IMG/VR virus record: IMGVR_UViG_3300030330_004956
Span: 32,001 to 96,000 of that record
Length of the DNA stretch: 64,000 nt
Source of the DNA: a virus
Taxonomy: Duplodnaviria > Caudoviricetes
Strand: one strand, 5' to 3'
Positions 19,632 to 29,100 of this stretch are shown piece after piece. Below the pieces are notes generated by a model. That model was given only the letters and a program-made list of their open reading frames with translations. It did not search any database and was not told where the DNA came from. Made by a program: the position numbers and the translations under genes. Positions within the stretch are counted from its first letter, which is position 1. The number at the start of each line of letters is the position of its first letter.

Positions 19632-21614
19632 ATGGCTGATAACAAGAAAAACCCAAGAAACCCGCAAAGCAATCTCTATAAGAGATTGACTAGATTACTA
19701 TCAACACCGATTGTTAATAGGCGCACTCAACTACAAAGACGCTATCGTCGTGCAGACATGGATAAGTATAACTTCAATTCTGCTCAAGGGTTGGACTTTA
19801 AGAAAACATCATACAACCCATACGACAACATGACTGCAAATATTATGCAGCAGCAAAATCGTTATGAAAGGTATATTGATTTTGATCAGATGGAATATAC
19901 TCCAGAGATTGCCTCTGCGCTAGACATATATGCAGACGAAATGACGACATCAACCAATCTTTCACCTATGTTGAAAATCAAATGCTCAAACGATGAGATA
20001 AAATTAGTTTTAGATAATCTATACAACAACATCTTGAACATCGATGCCAATTTGTTTGGCTGGAGTCGTTCACTTTGTAAGTTTGGTGATTTCATGCTTT
20101 ACTTGGATATTGATGAGACGACAGGGATCAAAAACGTGATCTCATTGCCAATTGATGAAGTTGAGAGACTGGAAGGTGAGGACAAAACAAACCCAAACTA
20201 CATTCAATATCAATGGAACTCAGGCGGTTTGACTTTTGAAAACTGGCAGGTTGCTCATTTTCGAGTGCTTGGCAATGACAAATATGCTCCATACGGCACA
20301 TCAATTCTTGAGCCCGCCCGACGAATCTGGCGCCAACTGACTTTGCTTGAAGATGCAATGATGGCATATCGCATTGTGAGATCCCCAGAACGCCGAGTGT
20401 TTTATATTGATGTGGGTAACATCGCACCTCAAGATGTTGAGCAGTTTATGCAGAGAGTTACCACACAAATGAAAAGAAATCAACTAATTGATTCTTCTAC
20501 CGGACGCGTCGATTTGAGATACAATCCGCTTTCGATTGATGAAGACTATTTCATTCCTGTTCGCGGCGGAAACTCATCAAGAGTCGAGTCCCTTCCCGGT
20601 GGTTCATATACCGGTGACATTGACGATGTAAAATATTTGCGTGATAAATTATTTTCTGCACTCAAGATACCAATGTCTTACCTGTCAAGAGGTGATGGAC
20701 AGACGGAAGATAAAGCCACGTTAGCGCAGAAAGATATTCGCTTTGCAAGGACTATTCAAAGACTTCAGCGCTCTGTAGTTTCAGAACTCGAAAAGATAGG
20801 TTTGGTACATCTTTATACTCTAGGTTATCGAGGCGATGATCTGATATCTTATAAATTAGTTCTAAACAATCCCTCAAAGATATCTGAACTTCAAGAGCTT
20901 GAACATTGGAAACAAAAATTTGATATTGCTGGTGCAGCCACAGAAGGCTTCTTCTCTAAACGTTGGATCGCAGAGCATGTTCTTGGCATGTCTGATGAAG
21001 AGTTCTTGCGTAATCAAAGAGAAATGTTTTATGATAAGAAGTTTACTTCCATGCTTGAAAAAGCCGCAGAAGAGGTACCCGCTTCTTCGCCTGATACTGG
21101 CGCCGCCGGCGGACTTGGCGGCGGAGGCGGCTTAGATCTTGGTGGGGGTGATGATGCTGGTGGGGGCTTAGATCTCGGCGGCGCCGATGACAAGGGCGGA
21201 GGCTTAGATCTTGGTGGCGATACCGCTGCCGGTGGCGATGACAAGCCTGCTGATGCTGGTGCCGACGACAAGCCCGATACGGCTCTCTTGGCAGCACCCG
21301 GTAATCGTCCCGAAAATCCCAAAATGGATAAGTACGGCGACATAAAGAAAAAACGTGGTGACGGCAAAGGACGCAGAAAAGTTAAAAGAACTAAAGATTC
21401 TGAAGCTGGACGCGCCGCCAGAACAAATAGTACAAGAGCGGTGACGGATCCAATTAAAAGAATGTTTCAAGATCCAGCCGGCTCAATTATGAGAACGGTA
21501 TACGAAGGCGAAACAAATGATATGTACCATAAAGAAGAAAAGCAACTATTTAATGTTAGCCATGATTTAAAAATACTATTAGAAAGTATGGAGCCTAATA
21601 AAGATGAAGTATAA
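19632..21614 (+). CDS. Portal protein (T4 gp20-like)
   Basis: 'LLEDAMMAYRIVRSPERRVFYIDVGN', 'EDYFIPVRG', 'DDVKY...LFSALKIP'. Confidence 0.93.
   Translation: MADNKKNPRNPQSNLYKRLTRLLSTPIVNRRTQLQRRYRRADMDKYNFNSAQGLDFKKTSYNPYDNMTANIMQQQNRYERYIDFDQMEYTPEIASALDIYADEMTTSTNLSPMLKIKCSNDEIKLVLDNLYNNILNIDANLFGWSRSLCKFGDFMLYLDIDETTGIKNVISLPIDEVERLEGEDKTNPNYIQYQWNSGGLTFENWQVAHFRVLGNDKYAPYGTSILEPARRIWRQLTLLEDAMMAYRIVRSPERRVFYIDVGNIAPQDVEQFMQRVTTQMKRNQLIDSSTGRVDLRYNPLSIDEDYFIPVRGGNSSRVESLPGGSYTGDIDDVKYLRDKLFSALKIPMSYLSRGDGQTEDKATLAQKDIRFARTIQRLQRSVVSELEKIGLVHLYTLGYRGDDLISYKLVLNNPSKISELQELEHWKQKFDIAGAATEGFFSKRWIAEHVLGMSDEEFLRNQREMFYDKKFTSMLEKAAEEVPASSPDTGAAGGLGGGGGLDLGGGDDAGGGLDLGGADDKGGGLDLGGDTAAGGDDKPADAGADDKPDTALLAAPGNRPENPKMDKYGDIKKKRGDGKGRRKVKRTKDSEAGRAARTNSTRAVTDPIKRMFQDPAGSIMRTVYEGETNDMYHKEEKQLFNVSHDLKILLESMEPNKDEV
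21129..21236 (+). repeat. 36-nt (12-aa) tandem repeat, GGLDLGG core, in the portal C-terminal tail
   Basis: GGCTTAGATCT at 21129, 21165 and 21201. Confidence 0.85.
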
Positions 21615-22392
21615 TAAAAAAAGAAACACAGCATTTTTGTATGAATCGTTGGTGCTGGAAATGACAAAAGCAATTGTTAACAATGACAACAAAAGAAGAG
21701 ACATTGCTTTGGATATATTGAAAGAAAATTTTCACTCAAACTCTCTTTTGCACAAAGAGCTAGATGCATATAAAGCAGTCCTAGAAACTAAAAATGTAGA
21801 CGTTACTACTGCAAATGTAACTCTCCGCGAAGCTACAAGAACTTATCTTTCTCTTCACCCGGGACATGTGTTTCGAGATCAAACTCATGTAATAAACAGA
21901 GTGAACAAGGAATTGGGAAAAGATACATTTAATATTTTTACGCCAAACTATAAATCTTTGGCAACCATATCTCAATTGTTCAGCGTGAAGACACCAGTAA
22001 AGCGCCGCGTCATTTTGGAAAAAAACTTAATTGACGAAATGACTAGTACCGATTCTGGCATGGACATGCAGCCGATCGACAATGTGGTTTACAATGTGTT
22101 TGTGAAAAAATTCAATGAAAAATATGATGCTCTCTTGGAAGAACAAAGAGACTTGTTATATAAATATATCTTTTCTTTCGCAGATGATGGGTATGGATTG
22201 AAAATAGCGATGAACGAAGAAATTTCTAGAATGAAAAAAGTCATCACTACCAACAAACAAGAAGTACCAGAACTTAAAGAAAAGTTTGAATCATTAGAAG
22301 GGTTACTTAGTTCTTTTTCTAAGAAAAGTATAGATGACGACATGGTACTGAAAGTGTTGCAAACACAAGAATTTTGCAAGGAATTAGAATAA
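21604..22392 (+). CDS. Hypothetical head-module protein
   Basis: 262 aa helical ORF after the portal; late motif at 21545. Confidence 0.5.
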   Translation: MKYNKKRNTAFLYESLVLEMTKAIVNNDNKRRDIALDILKENFHSNSLLHKELDAYKAVLETKNVDVTTANVTLREATRTYLSLHPGHVFRDQTHVINRVNKELGKDTFNIFTPNYKSLATISQLFSVKTPVKRRVILEKNLIDEMTSTDSGMDMQPIDNVVYNVFVKKFNEKYDALLEEQRDLLYKYIFSFADDGYGLKIAMNEEISRMKKVITTNKQEVPELKEKFESLEGLLSSFSKKSIDDDMVLKVLQTQEFCKELE

Positions 22393-22962
22393 ATGTCTAT
22401 TAATGTTTTAGTTGGCGATAAGGCGATCAAGAGAGATGCTAATCAACTTAGAGATTACACTTTCTCTCTAGATATTCGTCAAACTTTGGGTGGTGATTAC
22501 GTTATATACGATCACCCAGACATTGATATTGTTGTTATGCCTAAAATGAAAAAAGTTGTTGCTTTCCCGAAAGACAAAATATCAGAAGTAACTTATGACA
22601 CAGAGTCTAGACTTTTTGACTTTCTGACTAAAAAGGGAGTTATTGCAAGAGATTCAGTACAATCTGGAAATGTATACGCATCTTTGCAGGGACTTTTCGA
22701 AGAGCCGAAAAAGCCGCAAGAAGGTGAGCCAGTAGATCCGATTCAACCTGTTATATTCACTATTGCTAAATTTATAGAAAACGAGCGCCCCCGCTACGAA
22801 TATGTGAAAAAGATGGAAGAAGAGGAAGAGGAATATTACACTCAAGCAACTGATGATAACTCAACTGAGTTGGGGGAAGTTCCGCATGCCAGAGAAAAGG
22901 GCAGCATTCGCCCCGGTATTTACTATCAAAATTATATGCACCACGGCTATTACAACAGATAG
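22393..22962 (+). CDS. Hypothetical protein
   Basis: 189 aa ORF, tightly packed. Confidence 0.5.
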   Translation: MSINVLVGDKAIKRDANQLRDYTFSLDIRQTLGGDYVIYDHPDIDIVVMPKMKKVVAFPKDKISEVTYDTESRLFDFLTKKGVIARDSVQSGNVYASLQGLFEEPKKPQEGEPVDPIQPVIFTIAKFIENERPRYEYVKKMEEEEEEYYTQATDDNSTELGEVPHAREKGSIRPGIYYQNYMHHGYYNR

Positions 22963-22970
22963 GAGTAAAA

Positions 22971-23279
22971 ATGCAGTTATTATGGTTTGTCCTAGCATCC
23001 TATGGACTAACTCAGATTCTAGTTTATGGATCTATTTTTAAGTGGCTTAGAAATCGTACTGGTAAAATTGGAGAATTATTTAGCTGTCCAATGTGTACAG
23101 GATTTTGGGTTGGCGTTCTTTTATTCTTCCTAAACGGTTTTACAGAACTATTTACTTTTGATTATAATCTAGCAAATTTATTAATTTGTGGCTGGCTGTC
23201 ATCTGGCACATCATATATATTCTGTACTGTATTCGATGACAACGGAATCAAAATCGAGAGGAAGAAAAATGAATATTAA
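22971..23279 (+). CDS. Membrane protein, DUF1360-like
   Basis: Three hydrophobic segments; 'GELFSCPMCTGFWVG' motif. Confidence 0.6.
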   Translation: MQLLWFVLASYGLTQILVYGSIFKWLRNRTGKIGELFSCPMCTGFWVGVLLFFLNGFTELFTFDYNLANLLICGWLSSGTSYIFCTVFDDNGIKIERKKNEY

Positions 23280-23406
23280 AATTTCTAAAAAGAGAGCTAG
23301 AAAGATATTCCAAGAAGAGATCGAAAAGTTTTTACTGGAAAACAAAAACGTTGATCCTAAAATTCTGAGAGAATATGTAGAGAACCACATCAAGGAGAGT
23401 AAGTGA
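23269..23406 (+). CDS. Small hypothetical protein (45 aa)
   Basis: SD-like gagg upstream of ATG 23269; MNIKISKKRARKIFQEEIEKFLLE. Confidence 0.5.
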   Translation: MNIKISKKRARKIFQEEIEKFLLENKNVDPKILREYVENHIKESK

Positions 23407-23407
23407 T

Positions 23408-23461
23408 ATGTTTAAAAGATGGATGATACAGCCTGTTAGGCGATGCAAGAATGGATGTTGA
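23408..23461 (+). CDS. 17-aa micro-ORF MFKRWMIQPVRRCKNGC
   Basis: Fills the gap exactly between 23406 and the protease ATG at 23464; aaggag upstream. Confidence 0.4.
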   Translation: MFKRWMIQPVRRCKNGC

Positions 23462-23463
23462 CT

Positions 23464-24075
23464 ATGAGTAAAGTTTTATTAAGAGAATATTATGAATTGT
23501 GTGAAGGTGGGCAATGCCAAGATCTTCTGACAGAATCCGAAAAGAAATATGTTGCTAATGGTGGCATGATTCTTGTTGGCAAGCTTCAAGAAGCAGAAGT
23601 ACAAAATGGAAATGGTAGAGTATATCCTAGAAAAATTCTAGAGAGAGAAATGAAAAATTATCAAATGCTTGTGAAAGATAGAAGAGCATTAGGCGAACTC
23701 GATCACCCGGATGACTCGATCATTAATCTCAAAAATGCTTCACATATGGTTACGGAGGCATGGTGGGATGGTAATAATGTTATGGGTAAAGTTAAAGTAC
23801 TTAATACTCCGAGTGGTAAAATCCTTAAACAACTTGTCGATGATGGTGTCAAGCTCGGTATTTCTAGTCGCGCTCTTGGTTCCGTCAATGAATCTGAAGG
23901 GCAAACCGTTGTCCAAGAAGATTTACAGCTTATTTGTTTTGATTTTGTTAGCGAGCCTTCTACTCCTAATGCTTTTATGGCACTTCAAGAAGCCAAAAAC
24001 ATACGAATCGAAACAGACATATTCGATAAAAAATACAAGCTAAACAGAATGTTGAATGAGATTTTAGAGGATTAA
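23464..24075 (+). CDS. Prohead core protease (T4 gp21-like)
   Basis: NGNGRVYP, ALGELDHP, GISSRALGS, DFVSEPST. Confidence 0.92.
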   Translation: MSKVLLREYYELCEGGQCQDLLTESEKKYVANGGMILVGKLQEAEVQNGNGRVYPRKILEREMKNYQMLVKDRRALGELDHPDDSIINLKNASHMVTEAWWDGNNVMGKVKVLNTPSGKILKQLVDDGVKLGISSRALGSVNESEGQTVVQEDLQLICFDFVSEPSTPNAFMALQEAKNIRIETDIFDKKYKLNRMLNEILED

Positions 24076-24513
24076 ATGAATAAAAAAGAACTAAAAAAGC
24101 TTATGAAGCCAATTGTAGAAGAGTGCATCCGCGAAGTATTACTTGAAGAGGGTGTGCTTTCTACTATTATATCAGAAGTTGTAAGGGGTACTTCTGGGCT
24201 GGTTGTGGAACAAAAAGCGCCCCCACAAAACACAAGGCAGTTGCAATCTGAGGATGAGACAATGCTTAGGTTACAAGAAAGAAAAGCCCAAACAAATCAA
24301 CGAAGAAAGAATTTGATGGACGCAATCGGAAAAGATGCCTACGGCGGTGTTGATTTGTTCGAAGGAACTCAGCCCCTAACACGTCATCAGGCTGAATCTT
24401 CTGGTGCCGAGTCTGGACAAGGTGCTCTTTCGGGTTATGCACCAGATGACGCGGGCGTTAATATTGACGGATTGTTAAATATTGCGGGCGGCGCATGGAA
24501 AAAAATTAAATAA
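24076..24513 (+). CDS. Hypothetical head-module protein
   Basis: 145 aa; SD gagg. Confidence 0.5.
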   Translation: MNKKELKKLMKPIVEECIREVLLEEGVLSTIISEVVRGTSGLVVEQKAPPQNTRQLQSEDETMLRLQERKAQTNQRRKNLMDAIGKDAYGGVDLFEGTQPLTRHQAESSGAESGQGALSGYAPDDAGVNIDGLLNIAGGAWKKIK

Positions 24514-24546
24514 TTGATAATTATAAAGGAATAGAGGAATTAAATA

Positions 24547-25023
24547 ATGTCTTTAACAACATCACAGCATATCTATTCTTCCAGAGGAAGAACGAGACAA
24601 CCAAAAAATTTATACAAGCCATACCACGAATCGGTAGCAATCGCAAAAGCTAGTGGATCAGTTACCATAGTTTCAGCAGCCAATAAACTAAGTGACACTT
24701 TAGATACTGGCTCGGCTGGCGGAAATGGGTACGACACTCAAAACCAAGATAATTTACATTTATGTATCCGCACAACTGGCTCATCAACCGGCTCATTTCA
24801 AGTATATGCATATAATAGAAGTTTCGGAACTTGGGGATTATTAAAAGTGCCCGTAGCAATCGGAGCATCAGCAAAAACAGAAGCCGCATATGTACCAGTT
24901 GAATTTACAGGTTCAGCCTCAACTACGGAGTATGTGGTGGTTCCAATTCATGGTATTGACAGGGTAGCCTTTGTTGGCACACCAGAAGACACTATTCTCT
25001 ATGCCGCCGGCAGCACACTATAA
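24547..25023 (+). CDS. Hypothetical, probably virion protein
   Basis: 158 aa, Ser/Gly/Thr-rich beta-type composition. Confidence 0.45.
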   Translation: MSLTTSQHIYSSRGRTRQPKNLYKPYHESVAIAKASGSVTIVSAANKLSDTLDTGSAGGNGYDTQNQDNLHLCIRTTGSSTGSFQVYAYNRSFGTWGLLKVPVAIGASAKTEAAYVPVEFTGSASTTEYVVVPIHGIDRVAFVGTPEDTILYAAGSTL

Positions 25024-25034
25024 TAGGATTTTAA

Positions 25035-25247
25035 ATGGCAAAAGGAAGTAACATCAAAGTGACTCCAAGAAGGAGAGAGTCACAAGACAGAATGATCAGA
25101 AGGTTCATTAAGAAATGTAAGAAATCAGGCATTATTGATGAAGCAAAGGAGCGCCGCTTCTATAAGAAGCCGTCTGAAAAACGCAACGAAAGAAACATTA
25201 AAAGACGCAGAGCTTTATCAAAAGCAAAAGAAAAAGGCAAAAGATGA
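25035..25247 (+). CDS. rpsU: Phage-encoded 30S ribosomal protein bS21
   Basis: 'IKV...ES.DRMIRRFIKKCKKSGIIDEAKERRFYKKPSEKR' matches the S21 pattern; 70 aa, highly basic. Confidence 0.9.
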   Translation: MAKGSNIKVTPRRRESQDRMIRRFIKKCKKSGIIDEAKERRFYKKPSEKRNERNIKRRRALSKAKEKGKR

Positions 25248-25256
25248 ACTATTTAT
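25248..25256 (+). promoter_or_regulatory. Late promoter motif ACTATTTAT
   Basis: Intergenic, before the fibre cluster. Confidence 0.65.
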
Positions 25257-25286
25257 TTCTGAAAAGTATAAATGAGGAAATAGTTC

Positions 25287-26111
25287 ATGTCAAATACTAA
25301 AAATTATGGTTGGGCATATGTCCACCCAACTGCTTCTCAGGCACAAGCCAGAGGCGTAGACAAATCAATTCAATTTTTAACTGGTGCAGTTGACTCAAAT
25401 GGTATTGGACTCGGCTCTGGTTCAGCCAAACTAACATTTGATTACGCACCCGCAACCCCAGTGCTAAGGCTAAGTGGAAACATGACAGCCAGTGGACACG
25501 TTTCAGCATCTGCGTTTTTTGGAGATGGCACTGGTTTGGAAGGGGTATCTTCTTTTCCATTTAATGGGAATGCCGTGATCAATGGAAACTTAAATGTAAC
25601 TGGCTCTATCACGGCTTCTAACTATATTATACAAAACACTCTAGAGTTGAACAATGCTGGCTCATCACAGTTTGGTAATACTGCTGGCGATACTCATGTA
25701 TTTTCCGGATCCGTTTCGGTACATTCTGGCACATTCACTATACTGAGTGGAAACGTACCAAGTGTTAGGTACAACAACTTAACAGAGCAACTTAAGATTG
25801 TTTCATTACGCGTAGGTTACAAGCCAGTAGCTGCCACAACTTACACAGCCAGTGTGAGTGATTATATCATAGGCGTTCAGAACACTAATGCTGTTACGAT
25901 TAGACTTCCGAATGCCGCAACGGCTGGATCGGGCTCTATTTTGGTTATCAAAGACGAGGTAGGAAACCCTAGAGCCAACCCAGATGAAATAACCGTTTCT
26001 GCAAGTGCTGGACAAACTGTTGATGGTGCTGCCCATAATACACTTGGTGTTGGTACATTGGTGTCTGCAAAATTGTTCTCAAATGGTAATACGAAATGGT
26101 TTATAATTTAA
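25287..26111 (+). CDS. Fibre-like virion protein
   Basis: Beta-rich; C-terminal domain shared with 29854 and 31092. Confidence 0.55.
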   Translation: MSNTKNYGWAYVHPTASQAQARGVDKSIQFLTGAVDSNGIGLGSGSAKLTFDYAPATPVLRLSGNMTASGHVSASAFFGDGTGLEGVSSFPFNGNAVINGNLNVTGSITASNYIIQNTLELNNAGSSQFGNTAGDTHVFSGSVSVHSGTFTILSGNVPSVRYNNLTEQLKIVSLRVGYKPVAATTYTASVSDYIIGVQNTNAVTIRLPNAATAGSGSILVIKDEVGNPRANPDEITVSASAGQTVDGAAHNTLGVGTLVSAKLFSNGNTKWFII

Positions 26112-26120
26112 GGTGGTTTT

Positions 26121-29100
26121 ATGTCTTACAACACTCTCAGCGGTACAATTCAAGGCCCAAACAAGATAATAGCAAAAAAAGATGGCACTTTCACACAAAT
26201 AACAGGATCGGTATCCGGTTCATTTGTTAATGCAAGTGGCACATTAGTTTCTTTTGCTTCAATTGGTACTGTTGGGGGATCCGGCGGAGCAATCGGAGAA
26301 TCCGAAGATGGCTCATATGCAGATGGACTTTTCACAGATTTTACAACTGGCACCATGGTTGGCGTTGTGCTGGACAGATACAACGAAATATTTAAATCTC
26401 TAGTCCCACCACCAGCGCCAAATCTTAGCAGAGCATTTACTGCACAAGACGGAACTGATGTGCGCTTATCTTTCGGTGCATCTAATGATATGGAGTCTGA
26501 TGGCACTCCATATTATTCTGTAACCACATCAGCAGGCGGTACCGCCGTGGACAAAGGTGAATTATATGGAACCCAGACTTTTGGAAACAATTTTAGAATA
26601 GCAGCATTCCAAGGTACCACTGCGATCACCGGCGTCATCAATGATCAAGTCACTGCTTCAGTCTTGGGTTCGTACACAAATTATGTTGCTAATGCTTTCG
26701 GCAACGCCAACACCGGCACATTAGCTCTTTACATTAATAGCACTTCATCCGCAGCACATACTTTAAATTTAGCCACAGCAACAGGGACAGGGAACCCGGG
26801 CTCTGGTAATAGCTCATCGCTGAATGCAGACGGGAGCGGCTTTATAAAGGTGTCAATAGCTAAAAATGCAACCGATGCCAACAATAATAGTTTTGATATC
26901 TTTAAACACAGGACTGCAAACTTTGTTGTAAATCCTGCATCGCAGAGAATGGGATGGAATTATGCATATGTTAAACACACTGTTGGATCCGCAAATTATA
27001 CATCCAACTTTATTGAATGGGTTAATGATGCAAACGCCGTTACCCCAACCATAACCAGCCAAGCAATTACGGGAATTACTTTAAATGGCTCAAGGTATTT
27101 ATCAGGAGTGCAGTACAATTTAAGCGCGTCAGCAGATTATTCTTTTTTGATATCGCATTTTTATAAAAATGTCTATCTCAATGCAAGTGTCATTTGCGTC
27201 GATCTCAATGGTAGAGCTACTATTACCGACACAACTATGCCGCACATAGGAGCCGACGATGAAAATAAAACAGTTGCCCTTACACAATCATTGGAAACCA
27301 ATGTGCCTACAATTTTAAATGCCACTGTTGGCGCCCAAGCATCTGTAAGTCATATTTTCAAAGGAACGGCGAATGCAAATACGAGCGTATCCGGGTTTTT
27401 AATTTATACGCCCACGAGTAATAATCCTACTAACACTGTAGAATACTTTAGAAACGAAAAATACAGATTACCTTCCGGCTCACACGACGCTCAGGGAACA
27501 ATCGCAACGAGTAGCTGGACAAGCGCAACCCATATGACTGGCTCCGGTACACACGCAGACGGGCTAATTATTTACAACGAAGCTCTCAGATCACCAAAAC
27601 AGGGAGCAAACGGAGGAAACTTTGCAGCAATTGCAAACACAGAATCTGGTAATCCGGATTACTCTTCTGTGACTGGTGTGAGAACATTTTACAGAGCATT
27701 TAAAAATACTGGCGCCGCCAAGCAAGATGTTTCCATAACAATCAACGGCACCGGAACAATTGTTTCAAACGGCGCTGAATTAGGAGCCAATAATAAGATT
27801 AGAGTTCTGGTTAAAACACCCGGCAAAACTGGATGGATGAATTTGGCAGACGCATATAGTCATCCTAACTTATCTGACGGTGCTGGCGCCAGAGAGACTA
27901 ATTTTGATTCTTCCTTAAACGCTACAAATATTGTTACTTTGGGCGCAAAAGCGGTTGCAACTAATGAATGGTTTTTGGTTAAAATTGAAGCGCATGCAAA
28001 CTGGACAGGAAATATATCCCAAATCTCTGTAACTTTTGGCGCTGGTACTGGAGGAATTACCAATCCCTCAAATTTGAGCCAGCTAGATGAAACAATGGCA
28101 AACAATGGCTCCAATGCTGATTTATCTTTTGGAGCCAGCAAGCCAATCGCTGGTTATACATCTGCTACAGGCACTCCTAGCATCAATGGTGCTGTAGATC
28201 TCAACGGATTATGGGAGCCAAACACTGGATTTGATAACCAGAGGTTGGGCGTTTATGATAAAACATTTAATATAACTGGAAAGTTAAATTCTGTCATCAC
28301 ATCTGCTAGACTTTCCGATGCGCATACTGGTTCATTGGAATTATACATCAATGGCGCTTTACGACACACAGTAAACTTAAACTCTTATGGCGACGGTAAC
28401 ACACTAAACTCTTCTGGTTCAGGCTTCCAAAGCTTATCTGCTGTCAAGTATCCGAAATTCGGAAATCAAGTTAGCGATTATACTAAGCCATACAGAACAG
28501 GATCTGTGATAGTAGATGCTGATGATCAGCGAGACGGCTGGAATTTTGCCAGAGTGAAACATAGCGGTACTTTTGGGGAAAGAACTTCAACATACATTGA
28601 GTGGATGAACGATAGTAATGCCTCTACCATTTCTGTCGCCGGCGGTAACATTTCCAATTTTAATAATTCTAATGTCTTTTATAGTTCTGGCATCAAAAGT
28701 TTCAGAAATCCACCGACTGCATCTTTTACTTTAACTTCTTCTAATAATTATCTAAACACTTATGACGGAGATCCCGCTAATGCAATAGACTTCAATGATA
28801 GTTTGACAAATGTGACAATATCTGCAATGACTGCCTCCGGCGCCGGTATCAATGATTTGACAGATTCGAATGGAGTATCAGGATATCCCACTCTAAACAC
28901 TACAACTAATTCACAAACTGCTAGTGTAAATTACAATTTAACTTTATCTTTTACTCCTAGCTTTTCTTTGGTAGGCGCCTTCGTAGGTGGCGCAGCAATT
29001 CACACTGCCAGTATTGGCTCCGCTAAGTTCCTACAGCCACCGGTGAATGGCAACAACAATACTTATTCTACATTCACAACTTCTGATTTTACTAGTTTTT

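Noticed and set aside
23456-23467. TGT-TGA as possible Cys-Sec readthrough in the micro-ORF
   Set aside because: A second TGA follows one codon later and no SECIS-like hairpin is evident.
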